Made by a program: the position numbers and the translations under genes
Notes under the pieces: model-generated
What the model was told of the DNA's origin: nothing
What the model saw: the letters and a program-made list of their open reading frames with translations, nothing else
The model's database searches: none
Shown here: piece after piece, positions 49,717 through 63,900 of the stretch
Numbering within the stretch: the first letter of the stretch is position 1
Layout of the letters: every line of letters begins with the position of its first letter
DNA from: Phoronis australis
Lineage: Eukaryota; Animalia; Phoronida
Assembly (NCBI GenBank): GCA_002633005.1
Contig: NMRA01000534.1
Span: 121,577 to 185,576, forward strand
Length of the DNA: 64,000 nt
Direction: 5' to 3'

Positions 49717-51015
49717 TGTCGCCGTTAGAGAGAGCAATGATTCTAAATATCGGTTTTCCTTAACAATTATTCATTTATTGGTTTTGCTTCCTAGCCCCCC
49801 GACCATTTGCTAAATGAAATTATAAAAAATAAGTTTATTTAGAAAAGTAATGTTGAAAGACTTAACAGATAAACGATAGTTCAAGATTTTGACAACTGAG
49901 GGGCTCTAAGTCCTCACTTGGATCCGTAGACTATTGGTAAACAACACAACCTCGTAAAAGACTTTTTTTGAAACTTTGACAAGATCATGCATTAGTAATT
50001 TTATCGTTTGTGGAGATCAATACTTTAAATCATAGAGTGTTATACAAAATATTTTTTGGAAAGAATGACTGAATTTCTTCTCAGAATATTTATGAATTAG
50101 GACGTTGTGTTAACCAATTTGTGTCGTAACAGCTCAGAGGTATTTATTATGATCAGCAGGGAAACGTCTTAGGCTTTTAAAATGGTTAAAAACTATGGGA
50201 CAAAGTCCAATTGAATCTCAATGCTTGCAGCAGTTGGGACCCTGATTAGACATTATTCGACAACTACCTCTCATAGGTAGGCCTGAGGTTCCATTTGAGG
50301 CGAGAAGTTTTTCAATACTCATTCTGGCTGCAGGGATATTTATAGTTATAACATATGTTAAAATAGTAAATTCTCCAACAGCTAATATGAAATTGAGAAG
50401 GACTTTCAGATAAACAAAAGCAAATAGAAACATTTACCGATGGAATGCCATTTAAATGCACAGTGGACACTTCGGTTTCTTTGATTACATGTAGGATTTT
50501 ACATAGAATATACCAACAAATGCACTTATTTGTAAAATAAAAATTGTACATTTGATACATGTACGTTTGGCAATCGTGAAATTGAAACATTGGGACACAT
50601 TCCTAAGACTGGCTGCTATGTCATTTACAAATTTTTATATGAACTTTGAAAGGAGTTGTTGGACACGAAAAATCTTCATTTAGTTTGTTTTGAGTAAGGA
50701 AACAATGTTATTTGGAACACCTATGTGTAACAATAACAAATTATTAAACTGGATTCTTTTACAATGTAAACGATTTATTTATAAGAAAAGAACAAAAAAC
50801 AAAGTTCAAATTTTGTGTCGTTCAACATTCCAAAAATACGCACTGTTAAAAACACCAAATATGTAGAATTCAATAGTCAACAGAAATACTCATTGTGCAT
50901 TTATAGATATAATAATTACTTTTTGAAAAAACAAAAAAATCAATAAAAATATTTAAACAAAAAGTTGGAGCCATTGAGATACCCAACGATGAAATGAAAA
51001 CAAAATGTTGGGTGA

Positions 51016-51107
51016 AGCCCAAAATTGACACAACAGCCCAAAATTGACACAACAGCCCAAAATTGACACAACAGCCCAAAATTGACACAACAGCCCAAAA
51101 TTCACAC
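51016..51107. repeat. 19-bp minisatellite, about 4.8 copies
   Basis: agcccaaaattgacacaac repeated. Confidence 0.92.
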
Positions 51108-52418
51108 TGCAATGTCTGCCTGTGCCAATTTGGGCCGGCAATGCCGACTACAAATTGGAACAATTGAAAAGTTGTGTCAAAATGGTCTTTGTTTCAATTT
51201 GAGCCTGAACAGAGGGGTTATCAAAACATAATTTTGCTTGGGTATCTAGACAACGCATGTATTGAACAGAATGTCCCAACGGTATTCGGAAATGTTGGCG
51301 TTTCAGATTCAAAACTTTTTTTGAAAATAATTTCTGAAATTGACAGAGTAAAATGGGCCTTCTTATCACCACAAAGCAAAAATGCGAACTTTTACTCTTA
51401 CAGCTTTGTGTGGATACCAAGTTTTACTTCATTGGATAGTTTATGACATAATCTAAAGAAACGCCCATTTACATTGGTCACTCCTTGATTTCGTCGAAAA
51501 TAGCTTTCGGCAGGTCGACGCGAAATTAAAACTTTCTGAAGGATGTTACACAAATAACCTCAAAAAATCCTCAAAAATAATTTTACTACCACTAAAAGTA
51601 CAATAGCAACAATAGGAGAAATCTACTATATCAACCTCTACCACACATGGTAAAAGGCATAAAGTTAGCGAGAGTAATATTAGTAGAGGTCTGTCGAAGC
51701 ACTGCCCTGCGTTATGCAGTAAAATATCCCACTACTGTAATTGGAATATCTCCCTGACGTAACTCTATTTGCTGTGTCAATTTTGGGTCTGTACTGTATA
51801 GCACAGGCCTAATGTTAATTTGGGCAAATCGTTTTAATTTGAGTCGGCAACATTGACCCAAACTGACGTTGTGCCAGTTTGAGAGCTTGCACAAAACTTG
51901 CCATACTAACACATGACTTTGCAACACAATGCATCAGTAATATGGCAAAAACAACATCAAATCAACTTTTGCTGTTTGAAATGAAAGTTACACAGTTGAA
52001 CTTTAATTGTTTTTGTGTTACACCGGTACCTTTGCGCATAGGAACCGTTTAAGCATGTTATTACACAAGCAAAAGGCAGGTGATATTTTGATATGCAGTA
52101 ACCTTTAATTTCCAGTGTGGTGAACGGGAACAAGATTTACGACTAAATTTCGTATTTGATATTTAAAAACTGTATTCATCGAAGTAGATTCTCGTGTTGG
52201 TTACTATTGTTAGCGACATATTGCTCTCTTGAGACTCGCAATCAAACTTATTGCAATAGCGTCTGTGACGCAAGTGCAAAAACGGTTCAACATAAAACCC
52301 GGCACAAGGGTTTTCATGTTTAAAATTGTCGTGAATGCTAGGAACAACAACTATTTAAGTCGTGACGTTCACAGATAATTCAGAATATAGGCAAGTGGGT
52401 GAATTTTGAGACTTTTAC

Positions 52419-52499
52419 CTGTAAGGTTATTTTGAGCCATTGTGTCATTAGAGCTCTCAATCTGCGTTCCAGTCTGTCTTTATCTTCAACCTCTCATTG
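52419..52499 (-). other. Candidate 5'-UTR exon of the GPCR
   Basis: ctgcttttacgtttccAG acceptor and CAG|GTAAAA donor, 81 nt, same strand and upstream of the GPCR acceptor. Confidence 0.35.
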
Positions 52500-54796
52500 C
52501 TGGAAACGTAAAAGCAGAACGTGTTCGTTAGACTGACACGTGACTCTAGTTCAGTGTTATCCCCAATGATCTATATATAATTATTATTAAATAATCTCTT
52601 TGATTATCCCTGGAGATCACGTGATCATTTAAAATGTTGCTCTTCAATCACCTTGCTGTTATCAAACGCTGACACTATTATAAGCCAATAAACTGCGCCT
52701 TCTGGAAAAACAACACTTATTGATCGGTACCACCATGTTCCTTACTGCAATTGGAAATTATTTCTATTTTTTATAAAAAACTGACAGGTCGCTATTGCGT
52801 CAGACATTGCTCGTGAAATTGAATTGTCACGTCGGGACAGTCGGTCGCAGGCGGGAGCAATGTAGCTGTCAGATAAATTTCAATTAAGCGTTCCATTACA
52901 AGCAATTTTCATTATACCAATGAGATGAACTCGATGACAATGCTTTGGAAAGAACGCCTGCTTGTGAAGAAAGTAACTCTGACACCAGCACATGGTTTGT
53001 AGTGGCTATAAGTACTTCCCCGACATCCTGGTTTCAGCTCCAGGTGACAGGGTAAGTGTTGCGTATGACCAGACGAACTTTCGGAGAAACACTGTTCGCT
53101 TGTAAACTGTGTAATAACCTTACTGTACTAGTTTGACGTGTTACTAGCGTGGAATAAATATTCTATTTTCAGATTATCTTTTTACTACATCTGATACTAT
53201 TCATGACATTATTATTATGATATTATTCGTGATATCTGATATTATTCATGTTTCAGATGCTCATTGGCCCGAAAAACACAAAGTGTTATCAACCATTTGC
53301 TCTGCCAGTTACCATGTCCCAAGTGACATTGCTGTAAAACGGAGTCGCTCGCACGCTTGACGATGAATCCCAGCTAGAATTCTCAGGGAAGATTTGACAA
53401 GCCAAAACTTGGTCTACGTCGAGCACATGGATTTGAGTGTTGTTTGGAAAAACGACAAAGGCTTTAAATAAGATCTTCGCTTCATGATTATTTTCAGTGA
53501 AAATCCAGAAATTAGTAAGATCGTATTTTATCTCGATCATTACAGTCATGACAACTATATAAGAGAATAATCAATCGACCAGAACTGTAACGAACTGAAT
53601 AATCGACTGACACTACAAAAACTACAACAAACGACTTTTCGATTTTTTAATTGATTATAAAGTCTTTCATGTTCAGCTTCAAACATTTCTCAGCATTGAG
53701 TGGTTTTAAAGTGTACATCGCATTATACTACATCAAATAATGTTTCTCAAAAGCGCCAGTAAAATAATACCATAGGAAGAATCCGATTAAATGCGCTTAG
53801 CACCATTTAATCATTTTATATGAATGGGAATTTTTAACTCAAGTGACGAAATCGGCGAGAAAAGTTTGATATTAGCGCCAAAACGGGTCCGAATCGACGT
53901 TCTCAGTGGTCGCAGTCCCACACTTTGCAGTGGGTTATACCAAAGCGTCACTCAGTTCATAGCGGGAGTATTTTAAGCGTATTTAGCCGAGAAAGTCACC
54001 GGCCTCGATTTCAGCGACAGGCTGGCAGCCAACGACGAGAACTGGCTATCAGTAATGAAATCACAAAAACACAGCTTATTTTGTTTTATAGCTCTGGTCA
54101 AAGGTTCAAGAAGTCTACCAATAATAATCCCAAGCAGGGATTTCCGACCCTCAGTAAAGCCGAGAGTGTCTCTTAATTAAAAGTCTGATCTGTACGAAGC
54201 TAAGTATGCTCCCGCTAGCAAAGCTTTGGGGCGGCGATGTTATCTCGTTTCCTGTTTTGAATGAGATGTCTTGTGCAGCGAATGGAAATGCAATAATGCT
54301 TACAGGGATATCAAAATGTCACTGGAATTCAATTTATACGCAAATAATTTCACAAAAAGGAATAATATTAGCTGATTTTACACAAGCTATTGTCACGTTG
54401 ACACCAACCACATTGCTCTAGCAACGTGCAGTGGATAAATTCTTTTAAAAATACGTTGGACACATTAGTATTGCTTGCGTCATAGCAGTGTGTGGTTTAT
54501 TTACGAGGAACAATGCCTGTGGACAATATCACAACTGAGAGACATGAGAACAAATTAGCACTCAAAACGTCGGCCACCAACCACCCGGTCCTTTCGATTA
54601 AAACGCTTCTGAGTGAGTGTAAATACTGCATATCGACTCAACTACCGACCACTGCGACCAGCAATTCTTTAGAATAGCAATTTTTGTTTTTTGACATAAA
54701 AACCTACAATTTTAACGGGTAGATAGCCACTCAATTCGCACCGTGTATATGCCCGTGCCAGGGATGCTCGAACTAATCCCTTTGATCAGCGATAAG

Positions 54797-55332
54797 TTAA
54801 AGATGCATGGAACGCAAAAATCATCAAAAATATCTTTTAAAATATTTCTGACGAATGTATCATCTCGCAACGTCTAATACAGAGTAATTCACTTTCCTCA
54901 GTGAGATTTCCAGAAAATCCCAACATTCACGATTTTTGAAATACGCGCAAAAGGAAGACTCCGACGTTATAACAGAGTTTCTAATTTCCCTCCCACTTAT
55001 GACAAAAGCGCGCATGCGCTCACAGACAGTTGCTTGAAGTCGTTCGTGGCCAAAGGTCACCGTTCCCACATTAGGTAAATGTGTTACGTCAATGTCTTGC
55101 CATACCAAATAAAGAGACGTGCTTTGCCTTGTGGGAGAAAAATCGACGAAGTGGCGAGCAGTTGACAGATCGCTTTTTTTAATTTGAAACTAAAGAAAAT
55201 GCTTGGATATCAACAAAAATTAAAAATATTTACAAACAAACCCTATAAATAACTGTGGAGCAGGTTGAATCCTGTTTCAGCGACAGAGAACCACTTTCAA
55301 TATTGCAATTTAGTCTGTTTATGGCGTTTCAC
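54797..55332. mobile_element. Second copy of the 35448-36198 MITE, interrupted in its right TIR by the LTR element
   Basis: TTAA|agatgcatggaacgc start and colinear similarity; the TIR remainder resumes at 58594 (tccacgccacttcaa). Confidence 0.75.
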
Positions 55333-55905
55333 TGTAGTAGAATAGTAGAATAGTAGAATAACTCGACTTAGTAGCAGCGTTGTGTTGTGTTGTGGACTGT
55401 CTCGGTCCGTCAGTGAGATGTTAGTATTCAGTAACTATAGTGTGGAACACTCAATTACACTAGTAAAGCAACTGGCAGCAGCAAGATGAGGACTGCCTTT
55501 GTTAGACAAGTGAACGGATTTATATACAAGTTACAAATATGTGGGTTGAATGTACCAAACTTTATGAGTCAATATCCTACAGGAAAAAACAGGAAGCAAC
55601 TATAAGAACTCTCACAACAATCATCTGAACTATTCTGTTGTGTTTGCCATATATGGTAATGGTCAGCTGTCTTTAGGTTATGTTTCTGTGAATGACCATT
55701 ACGCAATCTTGTTTACTACAGAGAACATCAAAACAGGTGTGGATGCACCGGATGGGTTGGTCGCTGACTCAGCTGACAGCCAAAACAAGTTTCTATAAAC
55801 ACAAACAATTGGCTAACAAAGAAATAATATCAATAAGTAATAACACTAACAAACTAATGTGCTAAGAATTATATACGTATCATGAATTTCACAGATTTCA
55901 TGACA
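55333..55905 (-). repeat. 3' LTR
   Basis: Direct repeat of 58036-58593 with TG..CA ends and one extra tagtagaa unit. Confidence 0.93.
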
Positions 55906-58009
55906 CTCCCGCGCCACAAAGAAAGCTGAATACTGTATCTAGGAATTTTAGCTCCTTCCATGGTAATTTCGCAGTGTATTTTCCGTCAGGATCGTGAGTA
56001 ATACCATGGTTACGGTAGCTAGTGAAATCAAAGAGCGTCTCTGTCGTAGGGTCTTGGATTCCAATCGTTTCAAGGTCCCAGTATCGGGTGGCAGGGTCTG
56101 GCTCCTCTTGGAGAATTTTCATACAGGTGATGTTCGTGTGAGTGATCGGCGTTCCATTGCATTGTAGACGGGTGGGACCTGCCAATAGGTAGCCCAGTTT
56201 AGAAGCGACGGTCGTTGGTCCTGAACCTCTGATTGTGGTGCCGCCAACAATTGACCAGTAATGATCGGCACCAATCAGCAAATCAATTTCAATCATCGAC
56301 TCGGCAGGGGAGTTAATGGGCAAACATTGTAAATAGTCAAAGCTGTTGACAGTAGTTGGCACGTAATTCTTCGCAGGCGTAGAAATTGTTGAGACAATGA
56401 CAGCAGACAGTTTGTACGTTGCCATGTTGAGTTTTCAGCTCGAATGTAGTCATTGGAAGTACCTGGAGTTGGGCATTAGACTCTCCGAAAGTGGATAGGT
56501 TGATAGTCTCTCTAGGAGCGTGGTCAGTGTCAACATTCAGGCGCCGGGCGACCCTGACAGTTAGAAACGTTCGATGTGAACCCTCATCAAATAAAACATT
56601 TACCTTAGTCCAATGCCCCTCTCTCTCAATTGTGGCAGCGGCAGTCTTCAACAAAACTGGCCCTGCTGTGGGTGCCAGGTTCACCTGGGCATCTCGAGTA
56701 GTACTCGGTGGGTAGGCAGTGGACGTGACTTCGTAGTTCGGTTGGCTGGCTTCTGATCTGTTGTCGGGCTTCGTATTTTCTCGCGAAAAGGTGGCACATA
56801 ACGTAGTGTGGTGCTTGCGATGGCATGTTCGGCAGGTGTGCATTGACGGGCAGTCCCTGGCCTGGTGAGCGCCTAAACAATTGAAACACAGGCGGTCGCG
56901 GCGGACAATCTCTAGTCGCTTCATAGGGTCGCTGAAGATTCTGCAGGTGTGTGACGCATGATTTTGTTTGCAAAAAGCACATCTTGGCGAAGGTCGTCTG
57001 GTCGGTGGGTGTACATATTTCTTCGGAGGAAAACGTTTCGCTGGTCGCAGCGTGTCGCTCACTGCAAAAATTGAAGTGGACGTGTAATGTGCGTCACCTG
57101 AAAGTGCCATGGAAGAGTCCCCTTCCATGCTGGCGGAAATCTCTCGGGACAGAGCCGCAAGAAGGTCGTTCAGCGTCCAGGAGGGTTGACCATGGTCTCT
57201 ACAAATTTGTGTTTTCACAACTCCAGGGATTTTCTCAAATATAATGGGCACCAAGAGGTCACCATAGGAGTCTTCTGTTTTACCCAGGATCCTCAGCCCC
57301 CGGATGTAGGTCTCAAGGGTGTCACGAAAATGGCGTAGGCTGGCACTAGTTGGTTGGGGGGGGGGTTGATTTCCCACAGAGCTTTCATATAAGCATTGAC
57401 CAATAGAGTGGACTTTCCATACCTGTCAGCAAGCAGGTCCATGGCTTCTATGTAACTGGCGTTCGTCAGTGGGAGGCCAGCGATGGCATTGGCGGCGTCG
57501 CCGGCGATGTGGGCACGCAGGTACTGTAACTTTTGGACTGGTTCTAGTTCAGAATCGGAGTCGACCGCAGCACAAAATGAGTCAGAAAACGACAGCCACT
57601 GGAGTGGGTCTCCAGAGAAAATAGGCAGTTGCAACTTGGGTAGTTGTACCGTCCGAGTCGGGTGGCTAGCAGGTGACGTGGCAGCGGTTGGGGTCGGTGA
57701 GGATGTCTTGGCTTGGTCAATAAATATAGTCGTGTCGAAAATGGTCTCCAGCACAGTGGACATGTACGCATCGGTACTGATGACTTCGTCTTCGATGGCA
57801 TCCTCGCCATCAAGCAGGGTGAGAATGCTGGCATCGAGCATTTCTAGCTGAGTTCTCTTAGTGTTTATCTGGTTGAGAACTTTCTCCAGGTCCGGAACTG
57901 GGTCCGATGGAGTCGCAGTCATGAAGTGGGTCGCACGATCGATAAGCTTCGTCATGAGTCCTCTGTGAGCACCGCGAACTTTCTTCTGTTTGGCCAGTTG
58001 TGGTTCCAT
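55898..58009 (-). pseudogene. BEL gag-protease polyprotein, split by two frameshifts and truncated at the start of RT
   Basis: ORFs 57293-58024, 56337-57377 and 55898-56425 are consecutive parts; they end at KYTAKLPWK with no RT, RNase H or integrase. Confidence 0.88.
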
Positions 58010-58017
58010 CTTCGCGC

Positions 58018-58032
58018 AGGTCACGGCACCAA
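58018..58032 (-). promoter_or_regulatory. Primer-binding site (tRNA-His-like)
   Basis: TTTT-TGGTGCCGTGACC immediately inside the 5' LTR. Confidence 0.8.
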
Positions 58033-58035
58033 AAA

Positions 58036-58593
58036 TGTAGTAGAATAGTAGAATAACGCGACTTAGTAGCAGCGTTGTGTTGTGTTGTGGACTGTCTCGG
58101 TCCGTCAGTGAGATTGTATTCAGTAACTAAGTGTGGAACACTCAATTACACTAGCAAAGCAACTGGCAGTAGCATGATGAGGACTGTCTTTATTAGACAA
58201 GTGAACGGATTTATATACAAGTTACAAATATGTGGGTTGCATGCACCAAACTTTATGATTCAATATCCTACAGGAAAAACAGGAAGCAACTATAAGAAAT
58301 TTCACAACAATCATCTGAACTATTCTGTTTTGTTTGCCATATATGGTAATGGTCAGCTGTCTTTAGGCTATGTTTCTGTGAATGACCATTACGCAATCTT
58401 GTTTACTAGAGATCATCAAAACATGTGTGGATGCACCGGATGGGTTGGTCGTTGACTCAGCTGACAGCCAAAACAAGTTTCTATAAACACAAACAATTGG
58501 CTAGCAAAGAAATTATATCAATAAGTAATAACACTATCAAACTAATGTGCTAAGAATAATATATATATCATGAATTTCACAGATTTCATGACA
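58036..58593 (-). repeat. 5' LTR
   Basis: Direct repeat of 55333-55905, adjacent to the PBS. Confidence 0.93.
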
Positions 58594-61500
58594 TCCACGC
58601 CACTTCAAACAAAATTGAGCGCAGACATCCTGGACTCACACGTAGCGTGACTATTATAATGGGACGCACGTATTTCAAGAACAAGTGCCTTTCAGGCAGT
58701 GTGAATTAATTTTAAAAGCATAGTTGATTTAATGCTATTACATACCTTTTTATATGATGTATTGACTGAAACTGGACTAGTTGTAAGTTTTTATTCAGTT
58801 ACCATTTAATTTACACTCTGAGTCATCAAGATAATCTACGATTATTGAAAAGCATGGACTCTCTTAAAAGGCACTGAATATATTTGGCATGTTTAAAAAC
58901 CGTCTCCAATTTGTTTCGGCTAAGTTTTAAGTTTCAGGTTTTTGTGGTTTCGAAAGTACACGAAGTCTGGTGCTGAGTTCCTGCACCGGCAAAAAATGTC
59001 TCGAGAGAATAGCACTGTACATAAATCTACAGTGTACTAAACTATTCGTTCACGAAATCCGAATGAGCGCATCATACTCTTGAGAAACTCAACGAAACCT
59101 ATGCACGACAAAACTATTCCTTATGTTTTTATTAATCGACCTCGGGAGAAAAAAAATTACTTTCACGAGAATAACCGCGCCTGCTTTGATCAGTCCAATA
59201 ATATCATTTAGCCAACCACGTGAATGATCGCATCAAGAGACGAAAAACAGAAGGGATTATTCACAAGACTTTTCAGTTTCAGTGAGTTTCTGTCAAAGTT
59301 GGTATACAAAAATTTAATACTGTCGTTACCTGTAGCGAATGTAGCTCCAAGTCATCTGTGCCTGGTTGCATGAAACAGTCACGAATTCAAATAGAGACTA
59401 AACTAACTCCCTCAGTCTACTGTGTATCGTTGTCTTTCTTTACTCACAGGTGTAATCTTTTTCTATCAGTTCATCTCCACTTTAACTAATGATACTTTTT
59501 CATAATATAAGAACTGAGTCCATAGTGCAGTGAAAATAAAAAGGGACTTAGTCCTTAAATTATGGGAGTTGCATGAAAATATCCCTATTTACTTTCGACA
59601 ATATTGAGAAATCAACGCAAAGTTCACTATCAAACTTAAAAATTGTCTCAGCAATGAAGCTTAAACAATATAAGGAAGGGCAATCAGCGTTTTCACAAGT
59701 CCACAATACGCAGTGGATGTAAATAACTAAGATAAGTCCCTATTTGGGACTCTTTCATGCAACCGGGCATTGCAGCTCGTAGGTCAAACACACAAAGGAA
59801 TTGAGACGTCCTTTACATTACCATTTTTCACATCCCAGGATACATCCCTGGAGTAAATTATTCCTTGATCCTTATTTTTTGTAAAGTCTGCTACAAACGA
59901 CGATGTGCTCCTCGACAGTATCACAATACAAATGAGTGTGGTAAAGAGTCACTTACTAAGTAACGTTTATGAACGTTGACCAGGAAGGCCTTGCCAACCT
60001 GCTTTGACCGCTACACACCAAATGCGTATTGCAACCAACCAGCACAACAGCTTCCAAGAATATATAACCAGGATGGTTATCTATTCCTAACTTACCACGG
60101 CCATATGCACGTATCAACACCACCGATAACATCACCACTTCTGTTACGAGGGTTGTCTTTTACCAACGTTAGCCGCTTGCTGTGTTGCCTAAATGACTGA
60201 AAAGTACCAAAGAAATCGATTAAGTTAGTAATTCCTTTGTTTCGTATAGGAAAAGACACCATCAGTTATAGTGTTTTCGGTGTTTCCGTCGTCGTGATTG
60301 CAAATAATTGACACGATGACGCAAAATGTACTTGCACACGCAACATTCGCTGAAATTTACCAACACTCCAGAGGTAACTGAAGTTTGCAAACATCCAATT
60401 ATAGGAACTAATTATGCCAGTACGTCATCGTCGAGGTCTGGCTGGACTAAGTTTCTGATGAGCGCAAGACATTCGTGAGGCACTTGCGGCGAGAAATCTT
60501 TGCTTATAGAAAAGGATATAGCGAATGCTATGCAACAATTCAACATTTCAGCGTCGCGGACTGATCGCTTCAGTGGCCACCAGTGCGCTAGCATAGAAAA
60601 GGAGGGAGCGTACTCGCGAAACACTCGCTTATCACTCGCGTGATTTTGCGTGGTCTTGCTTTTTCATGAGTGTCTTGCGTGACGCATCATCTGAACACAG
60701 GGACCAAATTCCCCGTAAATAATCTCTGAAGTAAGAGGTTACATAAATAAAGGGAAAAGTTACATTTTAGGGGTTGTTTCGATTTGACATATTATACTTA
60801 CTAAAAAGACATTTTGAAGGTTATCTTTAATAATACACTTAGTAAAAAACAGTTTGACACAGTACACAAATGACGAAAAGGTCAGCACACCTACACAAAT
60901 AACGAAAAGGTCAGCACACCAGTGTATGTATGCGGTGTCACTTGCTCACAGCGTCACCACTTCTGGTTTGAAGAACTGTTACATTCACTAATTTTGTTTT
61001 ACATAAGTCAACTGTTAATGCTCGTAACTAGAAAAAAACACTCAAAATTTACCAAAAACACCTCAAAGAAGCAAAACTCCCTTTAAACTCAGATGTCAAA
61101 TTTTATCGAAACTTCATGTAAATCCAGCGCATTGGTTAAATGCCAAAGACATAGCCTGTGAAAGATTATTGCATTGCTTTGAAATAGTTGGCATAAAATC
61201 CACGACTATTGATGACTAATTTAAATCGTCAATAAACTTGCCTCAGCGCATTTCCATTCCATTACCCTTATGGAATTGGTCACAAGATGTTCCTTAGTCA
61301 AATTATAGGGGATTTCAGGTCTCCAAAAGAATTAGCAATTTTTCATTGGTTGAGCCCATATCCGTCACAAATTGGATAGTCAAGGAGTTTATTATGCACT
61401 GGAGAGTGGTCACGTCTTTGCAATCCCAAAAAACACTTCTCTCGAATAAAGAGCACGTAGGACACCAGTTTTTTTAGTTGAAAGTCGTCTAAATCAAAAG

Positions 61501-61844
61501 TTCATTTCTTCGATGGAACGAGGTAATAATCGTTTTAAAAGGATACAATTCTCGTCACCGGAAGTTCCCTCGTTGCGATTAGGGCCCGCTGCATCGATGA
61601 TATGAAGAAGACGAACAACATGCAGTCTTATATTTTATCGTTGGCACTGTTTCCGAGTCATTCATGAAATGGGCAGCGTGCACACGATATGAGGATGCTC
61701 ATTCACTTTGTGATTAATCAGTAATTACTTGCTTATCGATAAGATAATTTGCACTCAATCACTGGGTTGGCGTTCAACGAGCCGAGAATGACTCGAAAGA
61801 TCAAGGAGTACGTTATACTAAAAGTGACATAATCAGACTCAGCA

Positions 61845-61901
61845 GAGAATTGAATCTGCAACCTCTGTGAATGTTATCTAAGGCTCTGCTGGCAGAGCTA
61901 A
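61845..61901 (-). repeat. tRNA-derived SINE-head-like fragment
   Basis: TAGCTCTGCCAGCAGAGC ... GGTTGCAGATTCAATTC shows A/B-box-like spacing. Confidence 0.3.
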
Positions 61902-63693
61902 ACCTACTTGATAAAAAGCGAAGTATTTAAGGTTATGTAATACCTTAGTTAGAAGCCTCCATTATAACTCATATTTAAAAAACTAGGCTTTGTCAACTAG
62001 TAAAAGAACATATTTTCTGAAAGAAAAAAGATCAGGAAATATAAAAATATGTTTTATGTTTCCGAGTCCTTATTATTATTACGTTAATGCCGTTTTTAAG
62101 TCAAAATTCCATGTTAAAGAAAGGTACATTCATAGTAAAATAACCCATAACCCCTTGGTCGATTTTGAACGAAAACTTCATCAGTCACCTCAAAAACCCT
62201 GTGAGCAATTTTCGATTAGCCTTTTCGTTCGATTTCTAGGACAAATCAACTCGCAAAACGTAAGACATCTTTGTAAAAATAGAACTCGTATTCGCCTTTG
62301 TTAAATTACTAAGCCTTTATATCGAAAACCCTATGGGCGGTTTTAAGATTGATGAATAAATATTAAGTTTGGAAAATTTCATCGCAATCCAGCATGCCGT
62401 ATTTGAGAAATCGTGGTCCTAGGTTCAAATTAAGTCGATTTGCCGAAGCCGAGAAAAAGCCGATTATGTGGCAAGACGTGAAAATCTCAAGGTTTCGGTT
62501 AATTATTTCGTGAAAACTTGTTTTTGATCAATATAACCTATACACCCCTTAGCCACGTTCATTATTTCAACAATAACACGCTATGTCATCTGAAGTTGCA
62601 GTGCGTAATTAACTTGATAATCATAAAAACGTTTAATTTAAACCATGTCGATCTCCAGAACATAGACTACAACTGAGTCACGGGGGATAGCTGATGCATT
62701 GTGGTCCACTTTAAAGTAGGTCAACAGTTCATTGTTAGAGACACCACGCCCTGGGAGACTGATAGGAATTTAACCAAGTACGAAATGGATAAAGAAATCG
62801 GGTGGGTACGGTGGTTAAAGTACGTCGTGAGCATGGGATCGAAATGTCAAATTACCCGAATTAAGGAATGTGGATGAGGATTTATCACTTTTTACAACTT
62901 GCTATATTCGTGAACACAAAGTCACAGAGGTGTGAGGCGACTCGTGGCATTCGTTCTCAACGGTATGTAGACACGCAACTCTCTCAGGAGCAAAGCTATG
63001 TTTTGTTTTTCGTTTTCCCCGGTATCTTTCCAGGACATGTACATGTCGATGACGCAATATTATGGTGACTCGGTGACTGAAAGGACTGATATTACGCACG
63101 GAGCTGCCCGTGCCTGGCGGGAGATTCGATTTGAGTGACAGCCCCGTAACGTTTGACCTCGGATAAGTAGTGAACAAATTTCCATGCGGTTGTGCGGTTC
63201 CAAGGTGGTTCTGCTGAACCTTTTTTGTCGGTACATGGTATATATTTCGTATTTGAAGTTACCCGATAACGAAGATAAGGTATTTTACTAGACTTAAGTG
63301 AAATATTGCGAAAATGGCTAATTTTTGTTAATGAGGTTTGAGATATCCTTAAGTGGTAAAGTCACCGGCCTTGGTTTCAACAAATGTCAATCCAGACAAC
63401 GGCATGAATATAGGCGATTTGTAATAAAATCGCAACAACACAATGGTTTTGTTATTGGCGGCTAACAACTGCAAGAAGTCTGCCCCGTCTAACAGCCTCT
63501 CCGACACCTCGCTCAAACCAAGAAATCTCTCTGTCCAGGGAGGCTGTCAGGGTTAAAGCTAAGAACCCCTATTTTAATACACACGTAGGTGTCAGATTAA
63601 GGTTGTCTGACTCATGGTCCGGAGTTTTGTTGTCTGTGAACACCGGCGCAGGGCGACGAAATTTTCGCGAGAACTAGTCAAGTCAGTTATCAA

Positions 63694-63900
63694 CAGTGGC
63701 GGATCTACGTTTTCAGCAAGGGGGGGTTTAGGATTCCCGCCAAGGTCGAATCGTAGGCGCGTGGCGCCGAGCGGGGGAGGCAGGGAGGGGGGTTTCCCCT
63801 CCCGTGTAAGATATTTTATTGTTTTTTTTAGCCAAATATTGAAATTTCCATGAATCCTGGTAAGTTTCTGGCACTTAACATGTCTCTGGAGTTTTTCTTA
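63694..63900 (+). mobile_element. Non-autonomous hAT-like element end (CAGTGGCGGATCT)
   Basis: cagtggcggatcta terminus with G-runs; a similar terminus occurs near 40701. Confidence 0.4.

Larger units (their letters stand above)
55333..58593 (-). mobile_element. BEL/Pao LTR retrotransposon, internally deleted (gag + protease only)
   Basis: TG...CA LTRs at 55333-55905 and 58036-58593; 5-bp TSD ttcac/tccac; PBS TGGTGCCGTGACC (tRNA-His type); PPT-like GGCGCGGGAG. Gag has LPKLQLPIFSGDPLQW and three CCHC knuckles; protease has LFDEGS and IDLLIGAD. Confidence 0.93.

Noticed and set aside
51016-51107. Short direct repeats as a CRISPR-like array
   Set aside because: Head-to-tail minisatellite with no spacers, in a eukaryotic context.
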